Below, piece by piece: positions 9,670-19,597 of a DNA stretch of 37,647 nt (its first letter is position 1; every line of letters starts with the position of its first letter). A program made the position numbers and the translations under genes. Under the pieces are notes generated by a model. That model saw nothing but the letters and a program-made list of their open reading frames with translations, did not search any database and was not told where the DNA came from. The stretch is from an uncultured virus (IMG/VR IMGVR_UViG_3300010342_000399). Lineage: Duplodnaviria; Heunggongvirae; Uroviricota; Caudoviricetes. Location: IMG/VR virus record IMGVR_UViG_3300010342_000399; one strand, 5' to 3'.

Positions 9670-11183
9670 AAATTATTGATGTTGGTATATGTGTCAATAA
9701 TATTGATCCAAAAGGTATAGGCAGAATTAGATTTCGTCCATATGGTGTATATACAAGTGAACTAGAAAATCATGTACAATATGATGAATGGGACGAATTA
9801 GATCCATTTATTGCCGCCCCATTTTTACCACTTCATATTAATGTTATTCCACAAATTCAACAATCAGTTAAACTTCTTGAATATGATACTGAAAATGAAT
9901 TTCAAAATGTAGAATATGTTAGTGGTCCATTTACTTCACCACATGATATGCAAAATCAAACATTCGCAACACAACATAAAGGTACTACATATGGCGGTGT
10001 TATAGTAAAGGGAATAAAAGACATACGAACTACTAAAGGAATATTTAATAATTCTGCATCACGTGGAACAATTATAGATGAAAGAGATACTGGTCTTCGT
10101 GGAAATTATGGATCCGACATTATTTTTAGTGAAAATGGTGTTCAATTAAGAGGCGGATTTTTATTAAGTAAAGATGGAAAAAATAAAAAATCATTATTGG
10201 AATACCCACAACTTGCCAAAAAAATGGGTAGATTAAATTTAAAAAAATTCCCAACAACTTATCAAGCAATTAAACAAACTATTGAAACATCAGAAGTTAG
10301 TTCTAGCAGATTAAAATATATTATTGAATATGAAATAAATAATTTATCAACCCCAACAGAATTAAGAATATTTGTATATAAAGTTATAGCAGGACAAGGA
10401 TTTGCCAAAAGATTTGACACTAACACATTTAATGAAAATAGTGATTTTGATCCTACAGATAAACTACAAGTACAATTAATTAATACTACCAATACTATTA
10501 CAGATCCAACTTACATTGTTTCAATAAATGGTTCAATAGAATCTGCATATATCGAATTAAGAGAATTATTAAATTTAATTGATACTAATAATCTTACTGT
10601 TCTAGATCATTTGTATCCAAATGAAGACATCTATCCTTTTTATTTTAGACCGTCATCTGCTTTTAGATTATTAAGAGGTGCATCATCGACAGAAATAACC
10701 AATAAAACTACTTTTATAAATAAAATTCAATTACGAAATAAAACAAATGGTTTTGGATTAATTTATTCTAGACAAACAGCTAATGCCCCATTAATCACAA
10801 GTAAAAAAGAAGTTATAACTGCAAAAGAAATACCAAATTCAGGAGAACAATCATTTGGTAGTATAATGGCCGATAAAATATTTATTACAAGTACAAGTCC
10901 AAATATAGGTGTTAACATTAAATCAATTAATTTTAATGATTTGAATGAATATGAATTAACACAAGAAGATTATGTGGCATCTATAGAGCCAAATACATAT
11001 GCTATGGTCAGAGGTGATATTTTATATCAATTACTTGTATCAATTAAAAAGTTTCTTGACGGGCATAGACATAATATAAATGATCCGCCAGCAAAAGATG
11101 GCGATCAAAATTATGTTGAATATAATAGATTAATGCAAACATTAGAAGATGATTTATTAAATAGATCACTTCGTATTAATTAA
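9666..11183 (+). CDS. Baseplate hub/spike protein (T4 gp5 / gpV-like)
   Basis: N-terminal GICVNNIDPKGIGRIRF matches the gp5 OB-fold GxVxxxxDPxxxGRxxV; LRGNYGSDI.F beta region; C-terminal VRGD.L..LL...HRH (HxH spike-tip motif). Confidence 0.65.
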   Translation: MKIIDVGICVNNIDPKGIGRIRFRPYGVYTSELENHVQYDEWDELDPFIAAPFLPLHINVIPQIQQSVKLLEYDTENEFQNVEYVSGPFTSPHDMQNQTFATQHKGTTYGGVIVKGIKDIRTTKGIFNNSASRGTIIDERDTGLRGNYGSDIIFSENGVQLRGGFLLSKDGKNKKSLLEYPQLAKKMGRLNLKKFPTTYQAIKQTIETSEVSSSRLKYIIEYEINNLSTPTELRIFVYKVIAGQGFAKRFDTNTFNENSDFDPTDKLQVQLINTTNTITDPTYIVSINGSIESAYIELRELLNLIDTNNLTVLDHLYPNEDIYPFYFRPSSAFRLLRGASSTEITNKTTFINKIQLRNKTNGFGLIYSRQTANAPLITSKKEVITAKEIPNSGEQSFGSIMADKIFITSTSPNIGVNIKSINFNDLNEYELTQEDYVASIEPNTYAMVRGDILYQLLVSIKKFLDGHRHNINDPPAKDGDQNYVEYNRLMQTLEDDLLNRSLRIN

Positions 11184-11206
11184 TGGAATATTTATTGTAA
11201 AAACAT

Positions 11207-12598
11207 ATGTCATATTATCGTTCATACTTCAAAAAAAATAACACGATTATCAAATACGTGAATACCAATACCGCAAAAAATCCAAATACTGATATATTTT
11301 ATGGTCCGGGGTTTTCTAAATTTATATTCCAACTTGATTTAGATAATTTAAGAAAAAAAGTAGCAAGTGGAGATACTGTTAATGCTGATTTAGTAATTGA
11401 TAATAATACAAAACATATTTTACACTTAACAAATACTATATTTGGTGATGAAGCACTTTTAGGAAAAGATAGAGGAGCGGGAAAAAGAAGAGCAGTATCA
11501 TTTGATTTACTTTTATTTGTAATTCCCGAAGAATGGGATGAGGGTGTCGGATTTGATTATGAATATGTCTATGATTATACAACAGGTAATCTTACGTGGG
11601 ATCTTAGACCAAGTAACTGGTACTATAGAACAACAGAACATTTATGGACTGAAGAAGGTATTTATACAGGAACACCAGTAACTTTATCAACAATACATTT
11701 TGATAATGGAAATGAAGATATTGCTGTAGATATTACTGAATATATTAATCAAGTTTTAAGTGGAACAACAGAGCATTATGGACTTGGATTAGCATTTCCG
11801 CCCGCGTATGAAACTAATTTTACAACACTTGAAACATATCAATCAGTATCGTTCTTTACAAAATATACACAAACTTTTTGGGAGCCCTATTTGGAATCAA
11901 TTTTTGATGATAGAATTGATGATAATAGAGATGAATTTTATGTTGATATAGGAAATCGTAATTTATATTTATATGTTAATTATATGGGAAATCCATATAA
12001 TTTAGATGAATTACCTATCGTGAATATAAAAGACTTTAAAGATCAATACATACAATTCAATCTTAGTGTTACTCACGTAAAAACTGGTGTATATAAAGTA
12101 TCATTTGCATTGATTGGATCTGTTTGCGATGATAAACAATTTTTTTATGATGAATGGTGTAATCTTAAAATAAAAGGAATCGAGTTAAATTGTGTCACTC
12201 AAAAATTTTTACCTAAACCATATAAGGATTTTTACAGTATTGGACAAAATTTAACGGCAATTGATAAATATGCAATACAATTTCATGGCGTATCATCAAA
12301 TGAAAAAATTAAAAGAGGATCCACACGAAAAATTGTAGCAACATTTAGATCAATAGATAATCCGTTAAAAACGATTTTATTAGATGAGGTATATTACAGA
12401 GTTTATGTTAAAGAAGGAAGGACACAAGTAAATGTATGGGAATGGACTCAAATGGATAAAACAAATGAAAACTCATTTATGTTAGATACATCATATATGA
12501 TTCCACGTGAATATTGGATTGAAATTAGAGCTATAATAAATGGTGAAGATACTTATTATAAAAATGAAATAAAATTTGAAATAGTTTCAGAAAAATAA
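11207..12598 (+). CDS. Virion structural protein with a DNRLRE-like beta domain
   Basis: EEWDEG.G, W...G, HFD.GNEDI.VDIT..IN..L....HYGLGLAF pattern; preceded by TATTTATT at 11189-11196. Confidence 0.55.
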   Translation: MSYYRSYFKKNNTIIKYVNTNTAKNPNTDIFYGPGFSKFIFQLDLDNLRKKVASGDTVNADLVIDNNTKHILHLTNTIFGDEALLGKDRGAGKRRAVSFDLLLFVIPEEWDEGVGFDYEYVYDYTTGNLTWDLRPSNWYYRTTEHLWTEEGIYTGTPVTLSTIHFDNGNEDIAVDITEYINQVLSGTTEHYGLGLAFPPAYETNFTTLETYQSVSFFTKYTQTFWEPYLESIFDDRIDDNRDEFYVDIGNRNLYLYVNYMGNPYNLDELPIVNIKDFKDQYIQFNLSVTHVKTGVYKVSFALIGSVCDDKQFFYDEWCNLKIKGIELNCVTQKFLPKPYKDFYSIGQNLTAIDKYAIQFHGVSSNEKIKRGSTRKIVATFRSIDNPLKTILLDEVYYRVYVKEGRTQVNVWEWTQMDKTNENSFMLDTSYMIPREYWIEIRAIINGEDTYYKNEIKFEIVSEK

Positions 12599-12634
12599 TC
12601 TTTACATAATAAATAAATTTAATCATTTTTATAT

Positions 12635-12946
12635 ATGAAATCAATTTATTTAATACGTGGAAATGATGGAAAATATAAAATTGGTATCGCTAAAAATCCG
12701 CAAAAAAGATTATCACAACTTCAAACAGGTAATTCAGATGAATTAAAAATAATCGATACTTATCATACACGCCACGCTAGAAAAATCGAATCAATTTTAC
12801 ATAATTATTATAGTTATGGGAAACAAAGAGGTGAATGGTTTATTTTATCAATAGAAGAAGAAAATCGATTTAAACATATGTGTGAAAATATTGAAAAAAG
12901 TTTGAATTTATTATGTGACATGGGAAATGAATTTATAAAAATCTAA
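12635..12946 (+). CDS. GIY-YIG superfamily nuclease, T5orf172/MUG113 type
   Basis: IYLI...YKIG...NP.KRL.QLQTGN...IE..LH......RGEWF. Confidence 0.88.
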   Translation: MKSIYLIRGNDGKYKIGIAKNPQKRLSQLQTGNSDELKIIDTYHTRHARKIESILHNYYSYGKQRGEWFILSIEEENRFKHMCENIEKSLNLLCDMGNEFIKI

Positions 12947-12970
12947 TCCAAATGAAAAAAAATATTATTA

Positions 12971-13003
12971 CATGATTATTGAGGTTAATACCTAATAATC
13001 ATG
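12971..13003 (+). promoter_or_regulatory. Hairpin that includes the start codon of the small ORF at 13001
   Basis: CATGATTATT-G-AGGT-TAAT-ACCT-AATAATCATG: perfect 10 bp stem, bulged G, 4 bp stem, 4 nt loop. Confidence 0.6.
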
Positions 13004-13229
13004 AAAATAAAAAAAATTCTTAAAGAAACCACAAATCGTCGCACTTACCACATTTTACAATCAGTAGATCAGGACACATATCCTGAAGATTACGGACATA
13101 TTGTAAAACGTAAAATGGGATTTAAATGGATTCAGACGATATCGGAAATCACGAAAACTTTGGTAACATCAAGTTAGAATGTATCGAACATGGAAACATC
13201 ATCGTAAAACTCAATGGAAATTAAAATAA
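13001..13229 (+). pseudogene. Small basic protein with a WKxxRKTQW tail, broken by a frameshift and a stop
   Basis: ATG 13001 gives MKIKKILKETTNRRTYHIL... ending TAG 13175-13177 (58 aa). The +1 frame reads RYRKSRKLW*HQVRMYRTWKHHRKTQWKLK* (TAA 13164, TAA 13227). Confidence 0.45.
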
Positions 13230-14006
13230 GAAAGTGAATAATAGATAAGTTTGTATTTTTTTCATTAAATTTTTTATTCTTTTATGTTGTACACTTTCGT
13301 TTAAATTTTTATTTGGACGATTTTTACGAATCTCTATTTCTTTTTTATTGGCATATTCATGAGCTTTATCATAATTCCATTTTTTATATTTTATTAAATT
13401 TCTTTCTGTCCATTTATGACCCAATATTCTATTAAAATCCTGACGTTTAGGAAGAAATACATCATCAATCCATATCTCATCTTCTGGAATAAATTTCTTA
13501 TAACCAGGATAACTATCAATATAATGATGACCACCTTCAATGAAATCTATAAAACCAAGACCTGGATTATTTCCTTTAACATATGACCCATTTACAGAAC
13601 AAACTTTAACCCCATTTCTTTTAGAATCTTTTGCGATTCCTATTATCCTTTTATTTAAATTAGAATGTATTTTTTGTTCGGTTAATTCTTTATAATTTTT
13701 CTCAATATCGCGATTACTAAGAAAACCATTTTTACTTTTAGCTATTTCATATACCTTATATGCTTTTTCTTTATCTCTATAAATTATAGATAAAATATTA
13801 TCATTTGATATTAATCTTATTGGAATAACACCGATTTTACGTTTTTCTAATATACGACCTAGATTTTTATTTAAATTAACAATTACTACATCTCGTTTAC
13901 CTTTAATAATCAATTTAATTAACTTAATATCATTAAGTAATTTATTCTTCTGAATTTCTTCATTATATTTTTCATTATATCTTTCTAGAAGCGATAAACG
14001 GCTCAT
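13221..14006 (-). CDS. Two-domain hypothetical protein; C-terminal domain has GGHH..Y..FIPEDEIWID and H(K)xxER..Y..AH motifs
   Basis: 261 aa ORF; TATTTATG at 14031-14024 upstream; tail resembles the scaffold C-terminus. Confidence 0.6.
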   Translation of the reverse strand: MSRLSLLERYNEKYNEEIQKNKLLNDIKLIKLIIKGKRDVVIVNLNKNLGRILEKRKIGVIPIRLISNDNILSIIYRDKEKAYKVYEIAKSKNGFLSNRDIEKNYKELTEQKIHSNLNKRIIGIAKDSKRNGVKVCSVNGSYVKGNNPGLGFIDFIEGGHHYIDSYPGYKKFIPEDEIWIDDVFLPKRQDFNRILGHKWTERNLIKYKKWNYDKAHEYANKKEIEIRKNRPNKNLNESVQHKRIKNLMKKIQTYLLFTFLF

Positions 14007-14035
14007 TTTATTTATGTTATATTCATAAATAGTAT

Positions 14036-14479
14036 TTAATCATAAAAAATAATTATAACATCACATTCTTTTAGCATTTGTAGCGCTTTATCTTGTGATT
14101 CAATCCATTTTTCTTTATTTTTTGTTGTACATACAGATTTACAATAAACTTTTTTTATTCCTGAATTGATAATTGCTCTAGCACAATCAGCACAAGGTAA
14201 ACCTGATGTTAAATAAATGGTTGATCCATCAAGAGGTATTCCAACTCTAGCCGCATTATAAATTGCATTTCGCTCCGCATGCTCAAACCAGAAGTACTTT
14301 TCGGGTCTTTCCTGACGTTCTGATTTATTATCATCCAAACCCCTAGGAAAAGAATTATAACCTGTAGAACGTATTTCATTATCCTTACCAACGATAACAG
14401 CACCTATCTGTGTTGACTGGTCTTTAGATTTGAGTTTAACTTGTTCTGCAATACTTAAAAAATATTTAGTCCAATCCAT
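14036..14479 (-). CDS. dCMP deaminase
   Basis: Zinc motifs HAERNAI and PCADC, with SKD.STQIGAVIV and TGYN. Confidence 0.93.
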   Translation of the reverse strand: MDWTKYFLSIAEQVKLKSKDQSTQIGAVIVGKDNEIRSTGYNSFPRGLDDNKSERQERPEKYFWFEHAERNAIYNAARVGIPLDGSTIYLTSGLPCADCARAIINSGIKKVYCKSVCTTKNKEKWIESQDKALQMLKECDVIIIFYD

Positions 14480-14949
14480 TATTTTATAAGTTTTTTAATT
14501 ATTTCTTCTTTCTTTCCAGTTTGTTTTATGCCTTCCATAAATTTTGGTGTATGAACAAAATGATCTGTAGATATCCAAGTTTGTAAATTAAAATCATCTA
14601 CAGCAACCCAACATCCGGGTCTATATGTTTCCATATGATTAAGTATTTCTTTAGCCCTTTCTTCTTCGACAAGTTGGTGTTGTGCAAAGGGTAATGTTTT
14701 TGTAATATCAATGGGTACTTTTATTACACCTTGCCATTCAAAAATATTTTGTAAATCTTTTAATGAATAATGTAATTTCCAATCACTAGAAATAATAATA
14801 TCAGCATTTGTATTCTCAAGAATTTCATTAAGAACATTCACTGCTTTCGCATTAAATCTATATACATATCCCCATTCAGTTAATCTTGGATGTATTTCAC
14901 TTCCTAGACTTAAAACGCCATCAATGTCCAAATAAATAAATTTTTTCAT
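14479..14949 (-). CDS. HAD phosphatase, Swiss Army Knife RNA-repair-like (HAD_SAK_2 type)
   Basis: Intact YLDIDGVL, IIISSDWK, R..EI and WVAVDD motifs. Confidence 0.8.
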   Translation of the reverse strand: MKKFIYLDIDGVLSLGSEIHPRLTEWGYVYRFNAKAVNVLNEILENTNADIIISSDWKLHYSLKDLQNIFEWQGVIKVPIDITKTLPFAQHQLVEEERAKEILNHMETYRPGCWVAVDDFNLQTWISTDHFVHTPKFMEGIKQTGKKEEIIKKLIK

Positions 14950-14998
14950 TCGAATGGTTTTATGGTTGATTTAGAATAATCAATTTCTTTCATTTATG

Positions 14999-15028
14999 CA
15001 AATATATGAAAAAAACAAAAAAAACAAA
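14999..15028 (-). promoter_or_regulatory. Bacteroidota-type housekeeping promoter TTTG-N18-TATATTTG
   Basis: Minus strand has TTTG (15028-15025) and TATATTTG (15006-14999), matching the -33/-7 TTTG/TAnnTTTG consensus. It precedes a 15-codon uORF (14993-14946) coupled by ATGA to the HAD gene. Confidence 0.55.
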
Positions 15029-15040
15029 TATGGGAAATAT

Positions 15041-15202
15041 TTATTTCGAATTGTTTTTTTTATCATTAGAAGTATTTCTAATAACAAATATAACGAGTTT
15101 AATAAACTCCCATGATATTATTCCAAACATAAATGCAACAAATACATATAACGGTATAAACCAAGGTTCCGATAATATACTATTTATAGTTCTTATTAAC
15201 AT
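15041..15202 (-). CDS. 53 aa single-pass membrane protein (not in the ORF track)
   Basis: MLIRTINSILSEPWFIPLYVFVAFMFGIISWEFIKLVIFVIRNTSNDKKNNSK*; co-oriented with neighbours; TATTTATT at 15224-15217 upstream. Confidence 0.6.
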   Translation of the reverse strand: MLIRTINSILSEPWFIPLYVFVAFMFGIISWEFIKLVIFVIRNTSNDKKNNSK

Positions 15203-15305
15203 GGTTCTTTTTTTTTAATAAATATACTAAGAAAACTATTATTTGTAAATGATGTATAAAAAAGGCATGTTTCATGAATTATCATTATAAACAATTTTAT
15301 AAAAT

Positions 15306-15338
15306 AAAAAAAGGAGTGAAATTATCCACCCCTTTTTT
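15306..15338 (-). terminator. Intrinsic terminator downstream of the major capsid gene
   Basis: Minus strand AAAAAAGGGGTG-GATAATTT-CACTCCTTTTTTT. Confidence 0.75.
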
Positions 15339-15359
15339 ATTAACTGATAGAATATTAGA

Positions 15360-17087
15360 CTATCTTAATGTATCAAGATCGAATACTTGTATACCTTTCA
15401 CATCAATAACACCGAAATATCTGTTATTCACCATCTTCTTCGCGTATCTGGTCATGATACCCTTTACCGGAGTAAAGTTAAATGGATTATACATAGTTGG
15501 TGTTAACTGTAGAGGTACATATGGCGCGTATACATATCCTGCATCAAGCAACGATTTCCCTTTATGACCAATTAACAGCTTGTTGGGTGGGAAATATGGG
15601 TCACGATATACCTGATAACGGCCACCAAGTGTACCAATTCTTTCAATACCCATGTTATATTGATCCTGTTCAGGTGCTGCGTTGCTTACATGGAAGTACT
15701 CAAGGTCATCGAATATTGCTGAAATCTCAGAAGAAACAACAATCCAGTTAGCACCGCCTCTTAGAGTAGTTTTATGAATTTGAGCAGAAAGCTGGTTAAT
15801 TTTTGTGATTAATGTCTGGTTCCAGTCTTTTTGTGTATAACCAAGAAATGCCGAGCCAGCATTTCCATATTTCCATTCATTATAATCCCAACGGGCTTTC
15901 CATGCTGCACCTTTTCTCAAGTCACGAAGAATTTCACGGTCAACTTCAGCAGCAATTTGTTCTGAAAGAAGAGCAGTTAACTCAGCTTCAGCGTCAATAT
16001 TGTGAAATGCGCTAACGTCTTGTGCAAGTTCAGGTGACCATGCGGCTCTAAGTTTTCTTTCTGTAACCGAAACAGTAACAGATGAAAGATCAAATGATAC
16101 TTCACCAAGTTCTTCTTCAAATTCGAGAGTATCATATGTTCTGTATCTAAGCATAAAGTCGCTAGCGGTTAATCCTGAACTAGCTACTGTATATCCAGTA
16201 AATCCACCTGTTGGAGAATAAGTATCAACGTCAATAGCAATATAAATTGTGCCGGTTTCATCACAAATATCTTGATAATTTCCAAGAGGATGGCTAGAGC
16301 TACTTGATTTTTTACCATATTCAACAATACCTTTACCATATTTTTGTGTTACAATATGGAAATTTCTTGAAACATTTTGAAAAGTAACCACAGCGGATGC
16401 TAAGAAATCCTCAGTATCCATAATATTACCATATGCACCGATAAGTTTACCTTGTCCGTCTTTTGCAAAACCTGTAAAGGCAACAACAACTTCACTAACA
16501 GTTTTACCTGATAAACCATCGGAGGTAGCAATACCATTTTTAAATGTTACTATATTTGTTCCAGTTACTCCTGATTCGACATATTTACCTTTTGAGTAAT
16601 CGAAAAGTCCAGTATCAGGAGAGTTGCCAGTACCTCCATCGTTTTCATAGAAACGGTCATAAAGATTAATAAATGTGTCAGAATATCCATCACCAGCAGC
16701 ATTAGCTGTATTTGGCCAACCATAAGGAGCGTAATGTGCTCCTCTATTTCTTTCCTGAATTTTAGGAACGAAGAAGAATAATTTACCGATAGGTAAATTC
16801 ATTGCCTGTACACTAACAATATCATTAGCTAACAGTTTAGAGAATACACGGCGGATGATCGGGAATACAACAGTTTCAAATGAACCCGATGAGTCCGATA
16901 CAGCAGCCTCGTTTATTAGATAACTAGCTTGGTTTTCATATAACTGAGCAATGTTATCTTTCATATGACCTTCAAGTCCTTCTAGAAAACCAAGGTCATC
17001 CCATTTTTTTATAGTATCTTCTTTGATAACACGGAGATGTTTTAGTCCGATGTTACCAACCATACCTGATTCTAATAATGCTCCCAT
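15360..17087 (-). CDS. Major capsid protein (T4 gp23-like)
   Basis: PIIRRV..LLANDIVSVQAM, RKLRAAWSPELAQD..AFH.IDAEAEL, YAPYVPL, FTPVKGIMTRY. Confidence 0.97.
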   Translation of the reverse strand: MGALLESGMVGNIGLKHLRVIKEDTIKKWDDLGFLEGLEGHMKDNIAQLYENQASYLINEAAVSDSSGSFETVVFPIIRRVFSKLLANDIVSVQAMNLPIGKLFFFVPKIQERNRGAHYAPYGWPNTANAAGDGYSDTFINLYDRFYENDGGTGNSPDTGLFDYSKGKYVESGVTGTNIVTFKNGIATSDGLSGKTVSEVVVAFTGFAKDGQGKLIGAYGNIMDTEDFLASAVVTFQNVSRNFHIVTQKYGKGIVEYGKKSSSSSHPLGNYQDICDETGTIYIAIDVDTYSPTGGFTGYTVASSGLTASDFMLRYRTYDTLEFEEELGEVSFDLSSVTVSVTERKLRAAWSPELAQDVSAFHNIDAEAELTALLSEQIAAEVDREILRDLRKGAAWKARWDYNEWKYGNAGSAFLGYTQKDWNQTLITKINQLSAQIHKTTLRGGANWIVVSSEISAIFDDLEYFHVSNAAPEQDQYNMGIERIGTLGGRYQVYRDPYFPPNKLLIGHKGKSLLDAGYVYAPYVPLQLTPTMYNPFNFTPVKGIMTRYAKKMVNNRYFGVIDVKGIQVFDLDTLR

Positions 17088-17124
17088 AATATTAATTTAT
17101 AAGTTTTAATTTTTTTTTATTTTA

Positions 17125-18450
17125 TTATTGTATTTTTTTTATCAACTCTTTCATTCTCTTAAACTGAGGATTTTCATATGCTTTTGACTCAGATAACATC
17201 TCAGTTGCAGAAGACTTAGGTGTTGATGTTATTTTTTCTGCAGCAGTCTCGGTAATTGGTTTTGTATTTTCTAATTCACCTTTGATTGTTGCATAAAGAT
17301 TTTTAGATTCGGTTATAGTAGAAACAGAATCAAATCTTTTTAAAATATCCAATTTTTCTTGTTTTGTTGTTGAATGTTCAGTAAATAGACGAGTTGCGTA
17401 AGCTAAACTCGCATTAAATACAGCGACTTCATTTAATTTGTCTTTGAAAAGAACTAAAGCTTTTTTGTACTCATTATTTTGCTTTTTAAGAACATTAATT
17501 TGTTCTTCCATAGTAGTTCTTGAGCCAGCATGATGAACATGTTTGCTTTTTATACCTGTTCTAGGTTCTTCAGCTCTATTACCATGTGCGTTCCATTTTG
17601 TTCTTGCGGCTTCAGTAGCTTCAACTTCTTTCATAAATTTATCGCCACATTCAGTACATTCGGCTTTTTCTTGTTCTTTTGCTTCAAGTTTTTTAACACC
17701 TGTTTGAGGAGAACTTTTATCAAATGGCTGACCATCTTTTTGTGTATGTGTTCTATGAACAGTAACACTTTCTTTAGTTTCAGTCTTTTTAGCCTTTTTA
17801 TCAAAAGGTTTTCCATCACTAAGACTAACCTCTTCTTTTGTTTCACATTCTTTAGCTTCTTCGTCCTCGTCATCTAGTTCGATTTCGTAGACAATTTCTT
17901 CATCGGCTGGTTCTTCTTGTTCAGCTAATTCATCAGGAAGTTCATCTCTTTCAGGAAATTCATCTTCATCTTCATCAGCAACATCATCGAGTTTAATAAT
18001 GTATTCATTTCCATCATCTTCTAATGATACAGTATCACCCTCTCTCTTAACAATAATACCATCTTCAGGTTTCATTGCTTTAAAAATTTTTAAAACTTCT
18101 TCTTCAGAGGCATCACTCATGTCAAGAATTTCATCCGATTCTTCATCTTCAGTTGGAATTTCTGGTTCCGGCTCTGGTTCCGTATCTTCCAATTCAGATT
18201 TTTTATCATCGTCTACCGCAGGTAATTCTTCTCCTGCGTCATCATTATCAGAAGTTTCATCATCAACGGGAGCATCCGTCACATCTTTTTCTTCTTCTTC
18301 AGGATCTTTTTCATCCTCTTGTTCTTTTAGCAAATCATTTAGTTCTTGTTTCATGGTTGAAGCAAGTATACCTTTTGCATTTGCTTTTACTGCATCTTCA
18401 AGTTTCTCAACTTGAAGTAATGCTTGTTCTAAGATAGATTTTTGAGCCAT
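17125..18450 (-). CDS. Prohead core scaffolding protein (gp22 position)
   Basis: Very acidic, coiled-coil C-terminus, located between the protease and capsid genes. Confidence 0.75.
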   Translation of the reverse strand: MAQKSILEQALLQVEKLEDAVKANAKGILASTMKQELNDLLKEQEDEKDPEEEEKDVTDAPVDDETSDNDDAGEELPAVDDDKKSELEDTEPEPEPEIPTEDEESDEILDMSDASEEEVLKIFKAMKPEDGIIVKREGDTVSLEDDGNEYIIKLDDVADEDEDEFPERDELPDELAEQEEPADEEIVYEIELDDEDEEAKECETKEEVSLSDGKPFDKKAKKTETKESVTVHRTHTQKDGQPFDKSSPQTGVKKLEAKEQEKAECTECGDKFMKEVEATEAARTKWNAHGNRAEEPRTGIKSKHVHHAGSRTTMEEQINVLKKQNNEYKKALVLFKDKLNEVAVFNASLAYATRLFTEHSTTKQEKLDILKRFDSVSTITESKNLYATIKGELENTKPITETAAEKITSTPKSSATEMLSESKAYENPQFKRMKELIKKIQ

Positions 18451-18469
18451 TTTAATTTCTTTTTGTTTT

Positions 18470-18497
18470 TATAAATATTATGTAATTATTAAAAGTT
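18470..18497 (-). promoter_or_regulatory. Candidate late promoter AACTTTT-N13-TATTTATA for the scaffold-capsid operon
   Basis: TATTTATA at 18477-18470, 19 nt before ATG 18450; AACTTTT at 18497-18491. Confidence 0.6.
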
Positions 18498-18530
18498 TAT
18501 ATTTATATACATTAAATTAAAAAAAAATCA

Positions 18531-19217
18531 CTATTTTGATAGAAAATTATCCATTTTAAACATGAGGTTTTTTATTCTATCTTCCACAACAGTATTTTCT
18601 TGAGGATCATTTATTTCAAATTTTACTATATCGTCTAAATCCCTAAATACATATGCACCTGGCGTTGATGGTGATGAAACTAAATCAAAAGAAACAAGTT
18701 CAAAATCATCTTGAACTATGTTTAGACCTTTTTCATTTTTTAATGACCCAATGCCACGTGAAGAAATTCCTAATGTTGCACCATTCATTAATAGCATAGC
18801 AGCCTGATCACCCTTACAACTAATAATACCTGATTTTTTCCATCCTGGCGATGTAAATAATTTAACTCTTCCCAATAAGACATTTCCTTCCCACCATGTA
18901 TCTAAAATTGAATGAGAAATTCTGTCTAAATCAATAAGAGAAGATGTGGGATGATTAAGTTCATTTAACGCCCCGCCATTTTTTATAATAAGTTGATATT
19001 TTTCGATTTCTCGTTTTAAGACAGATTCGGGATAAATTCTACCATTTTTATTTGGTACCCCAAATTTCTGTAAAACAGCATAAAGGATAAAATCTTGTTG
19101 AAAATCCATATCCTTTATTTCAGAAATTATTTTTTTATTTTCGTCAGGTGAAATATGACCAGCGTCATATTCTATGAGTAATTGTCTATCGTCTTTATAT
19201 TTCATTCCATCTTTCAT
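18531..19217 (-). CDS. Prohead protease (T4 gp21-like)
   Basis: NKNGRIYP, ELNHP, ISH.I, GISSRGIGS, FDLVSSPSTPGA. Confidence 0.95.
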   Translation of the reverse strand: MKDGMKYKDDRQLLIEYDAGHISPDENKKIISEIKDMDFQQDFILYAVLQKFGVPNKNGRIYPESVLKREIEKYQLIIKNGGALNELNHPTSSLIDLDRISHSILDTWWEGNVLLGRVKLFTSPGWKKSGIISCKGDQAAMLLMNGATLGISSRGIGSLKNEKGLNIVQDDFELVSFDLVSSPSTPGAYVFRDLDDIVKFEINDPQENTVVEDRIKNLMFKMDNFLSK

Positions 19218-19253
19218 ACTTTATAAATATTAGAATATGACCAATTAAATCTG

Positions 19254-19562
19254 TCAGTAGTTTTCTTTTATTTTGCAAGACATAATTAATTGATGTATGA
19301 TTTTTTTAAAAAATTGAATATAGAATTTTTCCCAAAACCCAAATTCGCAATAAGGAACAGAGTCTAAGATTATTAATTCAAGCTTTTGATTATTTTCTAA
19401 TAAAGATTTTACCCAGCGATCTTTATAATATTTTTTATATTTTGATTTTTTTAAATGATCAATATAACGAACAGGGTTATTAGACTTACTGGCATATCTT
19501 ATATCACCACTAGGGTCTGCAAGACAATAAATATATGTGATTCCATTGTCTAATATCTTCAT
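19254..19562 (-). pseudogene. Truncated, degenerate GIY-YIG homing endonuclease
   Basis: YIYCLADP....RYASKSNNP.R...HL and WE.FYI. The YVG/YIG motif has decayed to YAS and there is no C-terminal DNA-binding region. Confidence 0.65.
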
Positions 19563-19597
19563 CTATAGTTTTTATTATAAATACATCGATATTTGAA

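Noticed and set aside
15006..15218. Plus-strand 70 aa ORF in the track
   Set aside because: Shadow of a better minus-strand 53 aa membrane-protein ORF (15202-15041) that is co-oriented with neighbours and has an upstream motif.
15274..18437. Antisense and alternate-frame ORFs over the capsid and scaffold genes (similar ones occur over portal, clpC and others)
   Set aside because: They lie within well-supported genes, show mirror-image low-complexity composition and have no recognisable motifs.
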